DNA from: a virus
Direction: 5' to 3' (one strand)
Virus record (IMG/VR): IMGVR_UViG_3300048999_000191
DNA: 64,000 nt
A program made the position numbers and the translations under genes. Positions 9,743 through 19,616 of this stretch are shown here, piece by piece. The notes beneath the pieces are model-generated. The model made no database searches. It was not told the DNA's origin and saw nothing but the letters and a program-made list of their open reading frames with translations. Numbering within the stretch: the stretch's first letter is position 1; the number at the start of each line of letters is the position of its first letter.

Positions 9743-9965
9743 AAGTCCTCCGGCGGGGTCAGGAACGGCACCATGCCCATCTCGCGCTCGATCGGCGCGT
9801 CATCGCGCGGGGGACGGTCGACGATGATCTCCAGGCCGCCCCACGGGTCGAACACGATCCAGCGCTGCGCGAGCGCAGGGTCAGGGTGCTCGGGGTGCTG
9901 ATCCGGCCAGAACAGTGCAGCCGCGCCGCCCACGTCGTAGAACATACCGGGGATCCACTCACCGC

Positions 9966-10397
9966 TCATGCGCACTCCTCCTCGTCGATCGTGATGCCGA
10001 ACAGCTCCTCCGCGACGTCCAGGTAGCCGTAGATCGCCACCAGCACGTCCTGCGTGCTGCCGAGGTAGGCCAGCGCGTGCAGACGGTGGTTGCCGTCCTC
10101 CAGCATCACCGCGCCCGACGCCGTGACGTCCACCTCCAGCCGTTCCCCGGGTGGCCAGTCGTGGTGGACCAGGTAGGCAATCCGCTCGGCATGAGCTTGC
10201 GCGCTGCACGGACCGCGCATCCAGCTCCGCTCGGGCGGCTCGGGGTTCAGCCGCCCCTCGGCCAGCGCCGAGGTGACCTGATCGCGAGTGACCCCGCCCA
10301 CGCTCCAGACATCCACCTCGAAGGGCCTGAGCAGGTCGATGAGCACCGGCGCCGAGACGGTCGCCTGGCAGTGCTGGGGCCCGGCGTCGACCCTCAT
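9966..10397 (-). CDS. ParB/Srx-like domain protein
   Basis: LEDGNHRLHAL motif; ATG at 10397 overlapping upstream stop. Confidence 0.65.
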   Translation of the reverse strand: MRVDAGPQHCQATVSAPVLIDLLRPFEVDVWSVGGVTRDQVTSALAEGRLNPEPPERSWMRGPCSAQAHAERIAYLVHHDWPPGERLEVDVTASGAVMLEDGNHRLHALAYLGSTQDVLVAIYGYLDVAEELFGITIDEEECA

Positions 10398-10624
10398 CCC
10401 TGCTCTTCCTTCGCGGAGTTGATCATGTTCTTGTACGCCTCGTTCACGTCCTGGCTTTCGACGTTCGCGTACGCCAGCGCGAGCGCCATGAGCAAGGCGT
10501 CGGACTGGTTCACCCGGCGGCGGAGCTTGTGCTGCACGTATAGCTGCCACTGGGTCAACGTGGCTCGCGCGTCGCTCTTGAGCGAGATGCTGGTGTAGCC
10601 GTAGCGGTTGTCGTCGGCCATCAC
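10394..10624 (-). CDS. small DNA-binding protein, ribbon-helix-helix-like
   Basis: YTSISL beta-strand followed by two helices (VNQSDALLMAL). Confidence 0.5.
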   Translation of the reverse strand: MMADDNRYGYTSISLKSDARATLTQWQLYVQHKLRRRVNQSDALLMALALAYANVESQDVNEAYKNMINSAKEEQG

Positions 10625-11430
10625 GCCAGCTTGAAGTGGTCGTCGGTCAGCTCGGTCAGGCCCTTGAGCGCGAGGACCTTGATCTTCTTCCCCTCGCGCT
10701 TAGCGTTCCAGGCCTTGGCCCCGGCGGCCAGGAACGGCTTCACCGGCTTCTCGCCGCCCTTCTGCGCGGAGCGGATGATCAACGCCCGCAGGGCCAGCTC
10801 GGGGTCCCCAGCGTGTAGCCCCTCGCCGTTGCGCACGCCCTCCCAGAACTCCAGGGCCGTGGCCGCGTCGATCCGGAAGGTGAGGAAGTACAGGCAGCCG
10901 AAGGCGGCCGGGAGGGCGCCGATCTCGTTGCGCAGGCCCATGCCGTAGCGCACGGCCTGGCCCATTGCGTCGCGGTTCTGGATGACGTAGTCGACGATCT
11001 CGGCGTCGGTGGGCTTGTAGACCTCACCCCGGACCTCTTCGACCTCCCACAGCAGCACAAGCCGGGTGACGGCCTGGGCCGACTTCGCCGACGGGATGCC
11101 GTGGCCCATGGTCAGCTCGTCGGAGGCAGACCGGCGCCGGTTCTTGTCCATCTTGAACCGGTCTTCGCGAGCGATGTTCTCGACGATGATGAATTCGAGC
11201 GTCACGCCCGCATCGATCAGCGCGCTCAGCCGGTGCTGGCCGTCGATCAGGTGGCCCTCGGTGTCGAACTTGATCGTCTCGCCGATGTTGGGGAACTGGC
11301 CGTTGCGCATGTCGCGGGCGAGCTTGCTAACCCAGGTCGGCGAGATCTTCCGGTTCTCGTTGTTCGTCGCCAGCCACTTCTTCGCCAGCTGGGGCGTCAC
11401 CGGGATCTTGCGGTGCTTGATATCGCTCAA
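10621..11430 (-). CDS. ParB-like (DGQHR) domain protein
   Basis: VTP..A...L..N..NR.IS, IKFD..G.LIDGQHRL.A. Confidence 0.8.
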   Translation of the reverse strand: MSDIKHRKIPVTPQLAKKWLATNNENRKISPTWVSKLARDMRNGQFPNIGETIKFDTEGHLIDGQHRLSALIDAGVTLEFIIVENIAREDRFKMDKNRRRSASDELTMGHGIPSAKSAQAVTRLVLLWEVEEVRGEVYKPTDAEIVDYVIQNRDAMGQAVRYGMGLRNEIGALPAAFGCLYFLTFRIDAATALEFWEGVRNGEGLHAGDPELALRALIIRSAQKGGEKPVKPFLAAGAKAWNAKREGKKIKVLALKGLTELTDDHFKLA

Positions 11431-11446
11431 GACGGGGTCTCCATTC

Positions 11447-11498
11447 CCTCCGGTGCGGGGTACCCGATCAGACTACCCGATCAGGTAGGTTCTGACCA
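11447..11498 (-). promoter_or_regulatory. Cassette element copy 7 with extra tandem half site
   Basis: TGGTCA-17-TAGTCT; palindrome 11473-11488 plus duplicate TACCCGATCA at 11461-11470; CCGCACCGGAGG. Confidence 0.78.
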
Positions 11499-11633
11499 GA
11501 GAATCTCCGCTTTCCCAGCATAAAACGCATCGTGGCTACAGAATGTCACATAGCCCTTGAGCTGCGGAAAGTGTCGGGTCTCCTCCAGGGTCTACCTCGG
11601 CACCTGGAGATCAATTACTACTCTCTGTGATTT

Positions 11634-11978
11634 CTACAAGAAACGCTCGATCGTGCCGTCGGGAAGCACCAGCTTCGTGTAGTGCTCGCGGGCCACTCGG
11701 CACAGCTTGGGCTTGCGCAGATGCAGTCGGGCGGCCGCGCGCGCCTCGTTGAGCGAGTGCCCGAAGAACTCGCATTCGCTCTCCACCTCGATGTGCGGGA
11801 AGAAGCCCACCGGCAGCCGGACCACGCACGGCACGATGACCCTGATCGTGCCCTCTGACCAGGTGCGCGGCGGGGCGATGGTCGGCCAGGCCTTGGGGTC
11901 GTTGTCCCGGTTCAGGCGCCAGCAGATGCCGCACTCGCAGGAGGGCGGATCGAGGAAGATGTCCGGGGCCGCCGTCAC
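11634..11978 (-). CDS. hypothetical Cys-containing protein
   Basis: CECGIC near N-terminus. Confidence 0.55.
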   Translation of the reverse strand: MTAAPDIFLDPPSCECGICWRLNRDNDPKAWPTIAPPRTWSEGTIRVIVPCVVRLPVGFFPHIEVESECEFFGHSLNEARAAARLHLRKPKLCRVAREHYTKLVLPDGTIERFL

Positions 11979-12652
11979 TCCGGGTGCCGCTCGAACCAGG
12001 CGTTGAGCGCTTCGCGTAGCGCGTCCAGTTCCGATGCAGCGTCACCGGCGCGGTCGATGATCTCCTGGGCGTCCGGCCAATTCGCGGCGACCTCCTTGAT
12101 CTCCTCGACGTCGATGGCCGCGAGCAGAACATGATCCACGTCCTCCTCCAGTGGGCCGCTCTTGCGCAGCTCCTCGCGGCTCACCGACGCTCACCGGCCA
12201 GCTTGCGGATGGTCAGCCGGTTGCGCATCTCCTCGGCGAACTCGTGGTACTGCGGGTCGAAGCTGGCCAGCACGTTGACGTGCTCATCGCACACGCTCAG
12301 CCTGCCGTCGAACTCGACCTCGACGGTGAACGGCTCGCCGACCGGCCTCGGCTCCGGCCGATAGTCGTGCACGGTGACGGGCTCACGAGAGCCGATCGCG
12401 GTGAAGGAGTAGTCCGAGCGTGTGGGGCGCAGCGGTTCGGAGATCATGCTGGTCCCGATCCCTTCGGCGCGCGGCCGTGCGCCAGCTCGTTGTTGACCCA
12501 GCTCGTCATGGCCTGGTTCGGCCCGGCGAAGTTCGCGTGGTCGATGCAGACGAGGTAGCCGTTGACCACGGTCAGTGCGGCATCCAGCCAGGCCGCCGGG
12601 CGCTCTCCGGGTTCGAGGAAGAGGCACACGCTGCATCGCAGCGGCTGGCCCT

Positions 12653-12910
12653 TCACGCCGACGCTCCGAGGATGGCTCGGGCGAAGGCGAGAGCCTGCGG
12701 GCCGACGTCGAACGACGTGGTCAGCTCGGCGGTGGCCGCAGCGTGATCGGCTCGGATCGCCTCGTTGCGGTGCCGGGAGGGGATGAGCACACCCCGAGTG
12801 CCGCCGCAGCGGTGGCAGGTGTGCTTCCAGGTCAGGCTGGCGCCGTGGCGCTTCCACCCGCACTGGGCGCACACCCACGTACCGCACACGGGGCACTCGG
12901 GGATGGTCAT
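12653..12910 (-). CDS. zinc-ribbon protein
   Basis: CPVC, CAQC, CHRC. Confidence 0.65.
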   Translation of the reverse strand: MTIPECPVCGTWVCAQCGWKRHGASLTWKHTCHRCGGTRGVLIPSRHRNEAIRADHAAATAELTTSFDVGPQALAFARAILGASA

Positions 12911-13212
12911 CAGCGAGAGCAGCGCGGGTCGGCGAGCTTGACCAGCGTGACGGTGGAGGTCAGGCCGCCGCCGTTCTGGCCACCGGCGGTGTCCGAGCCT
13001 CGCGAGGTGACGGCGAGCGAGTCGCCTGCGGTGTTGCAGAACTCGATGACGTTGCGGAAGCCGTCCGGCAGCTGGTAGGCGCCGACGATCTTCGGCGGCT
13101 TGACGTTGGCCGGGAGCGGGTCCGGACCGGACTGCTGGGACAGACCGGCGCAGCCACTCAGGGCGAACAACGCGCCGATGGCGCTGGCGCCGATGGCGAT
13201 CTTCTTGTTCAT
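12910..13212 (-). CDS. putative lipoprotein
   Basis: MNKK + hydrophobic stretch + LSGC lipobox; behind element copy 8. Confidence 0.75.
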   Translation of the reverse strand: MNKKIAIGASAIGALFALSGCAGLSQQSGPDPLPANVKPPKIVGAYQLPDGFRNVIEFCNTAGDSLAVTSRGSDTAGGQNGGGLTSTVTLVKLADPRCSR

Positions 13213-13220
13213 GGGGTGCT

Positions 13221-13280
13221 CCTCCGATGCGGGGCAGGTAGATATGGGTAGACCCTACCCGAGTGGGTAGGGTCGGTCAA
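13221..13280 (-). promoter_or_regulatory. Cassette element copy 8
   Basis: TTGACC-17-TAGGGT; palindrome 13255-13270; CCGCATCGGAGG. Confidence 0.85.
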
Positions 13281-13288
13281 GCGGTGGT

Positions 13289-13579
13289 TCAGCTCAGCGC
13301 CTTCAGGATCGCGGCCTCGATGTCGTCGATGAGAATCAGCGCGGTGTCGGAAGCGGGATCACCCTCCCAGGGCTTGTGCCCCGCACGCTGCTCCTCCAAC
13401 ACCGTGAGCGCGGCCTGGACAGCCTCGAAGGCCTTGCCCCCGACTTCGCCCCGGACCACGGAGATACTCGCGTCCGGGGGCAGCTGAGAGCCCCAACCGG
13501 TGGCGCTCAGGTTGACGTACTCCTGCTCGCGGGCGTAGTCGCGCAGCCGCTGCCGCGCCATGCTGATGCCGTCGGTCAT
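13289..13579 (-). CDS. hypothetical protein
   Basis: 96-aa coupled ORF. Confidence 0.6.
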   Translation of the reverse strand: MTDGISMARQRLRDYAREQEYVNLSATGWGSQLPPDASISVVRGEVGGKAFEAVQAALTVLEEQRAGHKPWEGDPASDTALILIDDIEAAILKALS

Positions 13580-13832
13580 CCCTGCATCTCCCTCTTGATC
13601 ACTTTGAGTAGTCGCCGGGCGAGGTTCTGCTGGCCCACCACGAGCCCGTGTGCGAAGTCGTTGGGCGCGTCCTCGGCGCGCAGCATGGCGACCTCGCCGA
13701 GGATGTCCAGCGCAGCCCCCATCGCGTCCATCTGCCGGTCGGCGACGGCCTTCACCTCACCCAGCTCCAGCACGTCCATCAGCGACTGGGCGGAGGCCAC
13801 GATCTCGTCGTGGTCCGGGTGCCGGGGCGCGC

Positions 13833-14612
13833 TCACTTGACCGGAGCCCTGCGGTAGAGCGCCACCATGCGCGCGGTCTCGTCTCGGGCGTCGTACTCGG
13901 GAAGCGTGCGCACGAGGGTGTAGTTCACGACTGCTCCGGAGGCATTGACCACGCGGATGTCCGGGTGGACCTGGTCGGACTTGGCCAGTTCTCCGCGATC
14001 CTCGTCGAGCAGCGTGTACATCGGCTCGGGCACCGGCGGCTTGGGCTTCTCTTGCTCGGCGACGTCCTCTACGTTGCGGTAGCAGGTGCGGCTGGTGATG
14101 CCGTAGGCACCCGGGCCGAACTCGGAGACCGGGAGACCCTCGCGCTGGTAGCGCCGCGACGAGCCGTCCGCGCCGACGTAGTCGAAGAACTTCAGGTTGA
14201 ACGGCTCGGTGCCGCTCCACAGCACCTCGGCCGTCTCGGCGTCGAGCAGCTCGTACCGGTGCATCTCGGGCTCGGGCTCGACCGGCAGGAAGGCGCGGGC
14301 GATGCTCTCGCGCACGTCCTCGGGCAGTTCCAGCATCACCGCGTCCACGACCAGGTTCGGCGCGTAGTTGCGGGTCAGCTCGTGCACGGCGCCGCGCAGC
14401 TTCTGCGGCAGGCCGGTGCCGTCCTGGATGACATCCCAGTCGGGCTTCAGCACTCCGGTGGGGAGTGCAGACAAGGTCACGCCGTCGTCGATCAGGTGCT
14501 GGAGTACCTTGCGGCGCTCCTCGGGCTCCAGGCGCTTGATGGACTCGATGGCCACCGTCCTGCCGGTGAACAGCCGATGCAGGGTCTCCAGGCTGGCGAT
14601 CAATTCGGTCAC
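13833..14612 (-). CDS. hypothetical protein
   Basis: 259-aa ORF with GGAGG RBS and AT-richer upstream region. Confidence 0.7.
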   Translation of the reverse strand: MTELIASLETLHRLFTGRTVAIESIKRLEPEERRKVLQHLIDDGVTLSALPTGVLKPDWDVIQDGTGLPQKLRGAVHELTRNYAPNLVVDAVMLELPEDVRESIARAFLPVEPEPEMHRYELLDAETAEVLWSGTEPFNLKFFDYVGADGSSRRYQREGLPVSEFGPGAYGITSRTCYRNVEDVAEQEKPKPPVPEPMYTLLDEDRGELAKSDQVHPDIRVVNASGAVVNYTLVRTLPEYDARDETARMVALYRRAPVK

Positions 14613-14717
14613 TTGTGGGCCTCCAATGCGGCGTTAATGCGGGGATGAAGTCATCTTCTTTGTAAGACTTTGTGGTGCGCAATGTAGCAAGAAGTCCCTG
14701 CGAATGCAGGACGCCTC

Positions 14718-15266
14718 TTAGATGATTTCCTTGAGGTCCGTCATGACCTCGTACAGCTCCTCGCGGCTTTTCTCCATCTCGGCCGCTAGGTGCCCCTCGG
14801 TGTCCTGCGTCCTCCCCTTGATCACGGCCAGCTCGGTGAGCGTCGAGACCGTGCTGTAGAGGGCGATGCGGGCCGCCAGCGTGACCCGGCCGTCGTCAGT
14901 GGACAGCGAGGTGATGCCGTCCTCCCTGCACGCGTCCACTATGTTCATCGCGCTGTTGAGCGCGTGCTGGACCGGAGTGGGCTTCTCGGGCTCGACCAAA
15001 CCGGCCTTGACCAGCCAGCTGTCCAGCTCGCGCTCGGCATGCGCCTGAGCATCGGCCAGCCTCATCAGCTTCAGGGTCTCCTGCTTGCCATCCACCGTGT
15101 GGTAGGTCAGCGCGTAGGGCAGCTCGTAGTACTCGATCTTCACGCCGTCGTAAGCCCTGGGGTCGCGCGCGGTAAGTCGCAGGGTGAAGAACTTGACCCG
15201 GCCGCGCACGCCCACCCAGGCGTGCTCGCCCTCCAGCTTGCGCCAGCCGATCTTGGGTTCACTCAT
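14718..15266 (-). CDS. hypothetical protein
   Basis: 182-aa coupled ORF. Confidence 0.7.
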   Translation of the reverse strand: MSEPKIGWRKLEGEHAWVGVRGRVKFFTLRLTARDPRAYDGVKIEYYELPYALTYHTVDGKQETLKLMRLADAQAHAERELDSWLVKAGLVEPEKPTPVQHALNSAMNIVDACREDGITSLSTDDGRVTLAARIALYSTVSTLTELAVIKGRTQDTEGHLAAEMEKSREELYEVMTDLKEII

Positions 15267-15607
15267 GATCGAACCTTCTCTTCCAGGTAGACGTTGCCCT
15301 CCCAGGTCGTGCCGATGCCGTACCGGCCCAGCTCGATCCGCTGGTCTTCGGTCAGGCCGGGGAAACGGGTCAGGTCACGCGCGCTGTTGCGTAGCGCGAT
15401 GCGGGTGCGCTCCGTCGCCGCGTCGATGTGCCGGTCGGCGCCCTGGCGGATGCTGGCATTGAAGCCCCGGTCGAAGAAGCTCAGGAAGCGGCCGAACTTG
15501 TTCCGCTCGTAGTTCGCCTCAAAGCCAGCCAGGGCTCGGGCGAGGATGTCCTGCTGAGCCTGCTCGTTCTCGTTGCGCAGGCGCAGCAGCTCGCGGTAGT
15601 CGCTCAT
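15263..15607 (-). CDS. hypothetical protein
   Basis: 114-aa coupled ORF. Confidence 0.65.
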   Translation of the reverse strand: MSDYRELLRLRNENEQAQQDILARALAGFEANYERNKFGRFLSFFDRGFNASIRQGADRHIDAATERTRIALRNSARDLTRFPGLTEDQRIELGRYGIGTTWEGNVYLEEKVRS

Positions 15608-15609
15608 GA

Positions 15610-16116
15610 TCAGTTCACCTCTCGCTCGACCTCGACGCCGAGGTCCTCCTGAGCCTGCTGGACGATGTCGATCATCGTGTCCAGGAGGTTGAGCGCTCTG
15701 TAGTACTCGGGGTCCTTGCCCATCTGCTCCAGGGACTTGAGCTGGGCCTTCAGGAACTCGCCGAAGACCATCAGGGCCTGAGTGGCCACGTACCCGGCGC
15801 GCTGCTCGTCGGTCTCGCCGTCCTTGAACCAGCGCACCTCGCTCCGAAGACGCTCAACCAGCTCCTGCGCGAGGGTGTTCTCTTCCTCGTGCTCCTCGGG
15901 CAGCGCGAGGCCCGTCTGCTCCGCGAATTCGGCCAGCACCTTCTCGGCGATCGCGCGCGACTTCGTAACGTTGCCGCAAGTGTGCATCGCACCGGTCCAG
16001 ATGAACTTGAGGCTCCAGTCGGAGCTGTTCGGGGTGGCCAGGAAGGCACTTCGGGTCCCGACCTTGCCGAGCCAGCCGAGCGCGGCGCTCTGGTACTCCC
16101 AGATGATGCGTCCCAT
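15610..16116 (-). CDS. hypothetical protein
   Basis: 168-aa coupled ORF. Confidence 0.7.
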   Translation of the reverse strand: MGRIIWEYQSAALGWLGKVGTRSAFLATPNSSDWSLKFIWTGAMHTCGNVTKSRAIAEKVLAEFAEQTGLALPEEHEEENTLAQELVERLRSEVRWFKDGETDEQRAGYVATQALMVFGEFLKAQLKSLEQMGKDPEYYRALNLLDTMIDIVQQAQEDLGVEVEREVN

Positions 16117-16118
16117 GA

Positions 16119-16538
16119 TCAGATCTCCTCGGGGGTGTAGGTGACCTGGTAGGTCTTCTGGTCGTAGTCGCTGGTGCCGATGTGCACCCAGGTGCGCGCC
16201 GGGATGTGCTGTTCCGTGCGGCCGTTGACCAGGTACTTCGGCGAGTCGGTCCAGACGGCGTAGCGCTTGTCCCCGCTCGGCGAGGCCACGATCATGCCCG
16301 GGAAGGCCAGCAGGCCACCCTGCACGCGCAGCGCGGTCAGATACGGGTCGCCGTCCTTGGCCAGCTGGATGCTGCGCTGGTTGACGTACATGTGCGCCTC
16401 ATCGGCCAGCGCCAGGGCCTGGGCTTTGTTCTCGGCCGAGATGTAGTAGCCACCCTGGGAGAAGCGCAGGCCGAACATGGTGCCGATCACGTGGGGCAAC
16501 GGGTCGTTGCTCTCGCGGGAGCGAAAGATCTTGGTCAT
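16119..16538 (-). CDS. hypothetical protein
   Basis: Behind element copy 9. Confidence 0.75.
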   Translation of the reverse strand: MTKIFRSRESNDPLPHVIGTMFGLRFSQGGYYISAENKAQALALADEAHMYVNQRSIQLAKDGDPYLTALRVQGGLLAFPGMIVASPSGDKRYAVWTDSPKYLVNGRTEQHIPARTWVHIGTSDYDQKTYQVTYTPEEI

Positions 16539-16543
16539 TGCGA

Positions 16544-16603
16544 CCTCCGGTGCGGTCTCGAACTGATACGCCCACCCTACCTGAATGGGTAGGGTGGGCG
16601 CAA
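16544..16603 (-). promoter_or_regulatory. Cassette element copy 9
   Basis: TTGCGC-N-TAGGGT; palindrome 16577-16592 extended to 16569-16600; CCGCACCGGAGG. Confidence 0.85.
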
Positions 16604-16821
16604 GGGCTCAGCTACGCGGGAAGGCGCTGATGTACTGCACGGCCACCGCGTCGGTGTCCGGCTGCTCGTCGAGGTCGATGAACGAACTGGTGACCACGTA
16701 GAAGTGGCCGCCGGTCCGGAAGACCGTGCCCTCGGGGAGCAGCGGGTACAGCTCGTGGCGCTCGTCGAAGCCGCCGCCGGGGGTCTCGATGCTGATGTAG
16801 GTGTCGAACATGGTGGCCTCC

Positions 16822-17055
16822 TCAGGCGTCGATGCGCAGGTGCTTGTTGGCGGCGTCGTGGGCCGGGCCCACCGGGATCTCGATCTGGGCGCCGTAGTCG
16901 TAGTGCTCGCCGGGGTCGATGACCATCATGATCACGATCGCCGCACCCTGCTCCTGCACGACCTCCTGCACCTCGAAGCAGGCGTGCAACTCGACGTCGA
17001 TGACGCTGTGGCCCACCAGGTCGGCGGTGGCGGTCTCGGCGGTGAGCATCTGCAT
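16822..17055 (-). CDS. hypothetical protein
   Basis: Behind element copy 10. Confidence 0.65.
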   Translation of the reverse strand: MQMLTAETATADLVGHSVIDVELHACFEVQEVVQEQGAAIVIMMVIDPGEHYDYGAQIEIPVGPAHDAANKHLRIDA

Positions 17056-17060
17056 CTTGG

Positions 17061-17120
17061 CCTCCGGTGCGGCTTGGCTGGTGATACCTGAACCCTACCC
17101 GTTCGGGTAGTGTGCGTCAA
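17061..17120 (-). promoter_or_regulatory. Cassette element copy 10
   Basis: TTGACG-17-TAGGGT; palindrome 17095-17110; CCGCACCGGAGG. Confidence 0.87.
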
Positions 17121-17627
17121 GCCAGGCAGCAGAAACGGGCGACGGCATCAGCTGCCTGAAGTAGCCGATCGACGGCTTCTTCAGGCCCTGGAACTGGAAC
17201 TTGTCCATCAGCGCCAGCCCCTCGTTCTGCCGCCAGTGCCACAACAGGGTGCGCACGGCCGGGGGCAGGGCACGCCACTCGGTGGTGCCGTGGCGCTCGT
17301 AGAAGCGCCACGTCCACGCGTTGTGCTCCAGCAGCGAGCGCTCACGCAGGGCCAGCAGCACCTCCAGTTCGACCTCATCCGGCGGCGTGGCGATGCGGTG
17401 CTCTGCGGCGCGGCGGAAGTTCTCGTTGGCCTCCTGGGCCGCCTGAGCGGCCGATGCGGCGTCGAGGTGCTTGCACTTCCAGTGGCCCGTCCACAGGTCA
17501 CGCACACCCGCCTCGGTGGGCGTGCGCACGCCGCGCAGGACGTCGAGGTAGCGGTCTTCGATGATCACGGGTCTCTCCCATGCAGCAGAGGGCCGGGGCG
17601 CCATGGGGACGCCCCGGCCGAGGTGGA

Positions 17628-18179
17628 TCAGGCGTTCAGGTCGGCCAGCATCGCCCGGCCGAGGTCGGTCAGGATGACCTGCTGGTAGGTGTGCGTGGTG
17701 GCGTGGACGTTGGCCGGGCGGACGTCGAGCGTGACGGCCTTGAGGTTCGTCAGCTTGCGCAGGGCCTCGCGACGCTCCGTCGAGATCGTGATGGGCATGC
17801 GGCCGATCACCTCGTAGAAGCTGTCCGCCAGCGCGCCGGTGCGATGCACCGTGGTGGTCGCCACCACCGAGCGCAGCGCCCAGGCGAACTCGTAGCTGTT
17901 GCGCTCGCTGATGTGGTTCAGGATGTCCTGGGCCTTGGCCTCGGCGTCGAGCGCGTCAACGACCTCGTCGGCGTCCACGCCGTGCTCGTCGAGCAGCTCG
18001 CGGGCGGTGAGCGAAACGAGCTTCGCGTACTTGAGCACCTCGGCGTGGCCCGACCCGAGAGCGGAGACCAGCTCCTCCAGCTTGTTGCGCTGGACGCGAT
18101 AGAGATTGATCAGGTCCTGCGCGTCCTCGCTCAGCTCGGCGGTCTCGGGCGTGGTGTCGGTGTCGAAGTCGTTCAGCAT
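17628..18179 (-). CDS. hypothetical protein with possible C-terminal winged helix
   Basis: ATG at 18179 behind element copy 11; ends VILTDLGRAML. Confidence 0.7.
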   Translation of the reverse strand: MLNDFDTDTTPETAELSEDAQDLINLYRVQRNKLEELVSALGSGHAEVLKYAKLVSLTARELLDEHGVDADEVVDALDAEAKAQDILNHISERNSYEFAWALRSVVATTTVHRTGALADSFYEVIGRMPITISTERREALRKLTNLKAVTLDVRPANVHATTHTYQQVILTDLGRAMLADLNA

Positions 18180-18184
18180 CTTGG

Positions 18185-18245
18185 CCTCCGGTGCGGCGTT
18201 CAGCGGGTATGACACGACCCTACCCGTTTGGGTAGGGTCGGTCAA
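18185..18245 (-). promoter_or_regulatory. Cassette element copy 11
   Basis: TTGACC-17-TAGGGT; palindrome 18220-18235; CCGCACCGGAGG. Confidence 0.87.
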
Positions 18246-18504
18246 GGGTCAGGAGTGGCCGAGTTGCGCGGCCAGGAACGGCGCCCGCTCGTCTTCGGGC
18301 AAGCAGGTGATCAGGTCACCGATCAGCTTGGGCAGGTCCTCGCGGCTCACGCGCGAGGTCAGCTCGACCTCATGCGCCTCCGTGGTCAAGCGAACTCGTA
18401 CGTCCGCCGTGCCGGGGTCGCCCACCTGCGCTGCCACGCTGGTGGTCACTTCGCTCCGGGCGTGGCGCTCTGTGCGGTCGAAGTAGCTGTCCATGATCGT
18501 CTCC

Positions 18505-18945
18505 TCAGACCAGGTTGACGACGACGGCGCCGTACTTCGTGCCGTCCCACTCGACCTCGAAGCCCTCACCCCGGAAGACCTCCACGAGCGTCTGCGCGGC
18601 CGTCAGGTCCGGGCCGCCGTGGTTGAAGTAGACGACGTGCGCGCACCGCTCCTCGCGCTTCTGGTGGCGACGGCTGCCGGAGAAGCCGTCCTCGTCCTCG
18701 TCGCCATCGCTCCACGGCTCATCGCGGTAGAAGGGCTGGCCGTTGCGCCACACCAACTCGTTGTCCTGGCCGCCGTAGTGGAAGGCGTTCGGCGTGGTCT
18801 TCGCAGCCTCGTCGCTGGGCAGGCCGACGTCCAGGCCGGTGGTGCAGCTGCGGCAGCAGGTCATGACGTTGACCGCCAGGTGGACGCCACGGGCCCGGAC
18901 GCCGTTCACGGCGGCCTCGAACTTGGTCTCGACGTTGGTGAGCAT
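18505..18945 (-). CDS. hypothetical protein
   Basis: CCRSC motif and C-terminal VEWDG. Confidence 0.7.
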   Translation of the reverse strand: MLTNVETKFEAAVNGVRARGVHLAVNVMTCCRSCTTGLDVGLPSDEAAKTTPNAFHYGGQDNELVWRNGQPFYRDEPWSDGDEDEDGFSGSRRHQKREERCAHVVYFNHGGPDLTAAQTLVEVFRGEGFEVEWDGTKYGAVVVNLV

Positions 18946-18947
18946 GA

Positions 18948-19277
18948 TCAGATTCCCATCTCCGCGCGAAGCGCGGCAGTCTGGCGGCTGTAGACGTTGG
19001 CGTAAGCCGTCTGGAGCTGGTAGCGGGCGTTGTCGGCGCTCACCGGGCCGAAGTCGACGAACTCCTGAACGATCTGCTTGGCGTCGCGCAGGGTGTCGGC
19101 GATGTCGGTGCTGGCGATGATCGGCTGACCGACCGCGTGCGTCACGTCCGCCGTGGTCTTCAGCTCACGGACGAGGATGTGCCAGCTCTTGCCGTCCTGG
19201 TAGATCGTGAACTGGTGCGTGTCGCTGCGGGCGAAGTAGGTGCCGGACCAGTCCTGGCGCTTGTAGGTGATCTCCAC
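18948..19277 (-). CDS. hypothetical protein
   Basis: GTG at 19277 behind element copy 12. Confidence 0.7.
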   Translation of the reverse strand: MEITYKRQDWSGTYFARSDTHQFTIYQDGKSWHILVRELKTTADVTHAVGQPIIASTDIADTLRDAKQIVQEFVDFGPVSADNARYQLQTAYANVYSRQTAALRAEMGI

Positions 19278-19282
19278 GACGA

Positions 19283-19344
19283 CCTCCGATGCGGTCTCTG
19301 TAACTGACAAGACCCACACTACCCGTTCAGGTAGTGTGGGTCAA
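19283..19344 (-). promoter_or_regulatory. Cassette element copy 12
   Basis: TTGACC-17-TAGTGT; palindrome 19319-19334; CCGCATCGGAGG. Confidence 0.88.
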
Positions 19345-19616
19345 GTGCCGTGCTCAGGTCAGTGCCGTGGTGACGCTCTCGTCGTCGATCATGGATCCGA
19401 TGTGCAGGTGCGGTGAGCAGGCCGCCAGATACAGGAAAGTTGGGGGCGGGCGCACACGCCCAGCGCCGCCCGCCGACCTGGACTGTCCAGGTAATCGGCA
19501 AGGTACGGCGACAAGGGCCCTGAAGGCCTCTCATTTCGCCGTAGAGAGTGCGGAGAGGCTCGGCGCCCCACGAGTCCCTCCGCGTCCCCAGGCACGTCCT
19601 GGGGAGCTTGTTCGCC

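Noticed and set aside
10621-11430. DGQHR protein as DndB of a phosphorothioate system
   Set aside because: No dndA/C/D/E or ssp genes nearby; the sequence fits the stand-alone phage ParB-like family.
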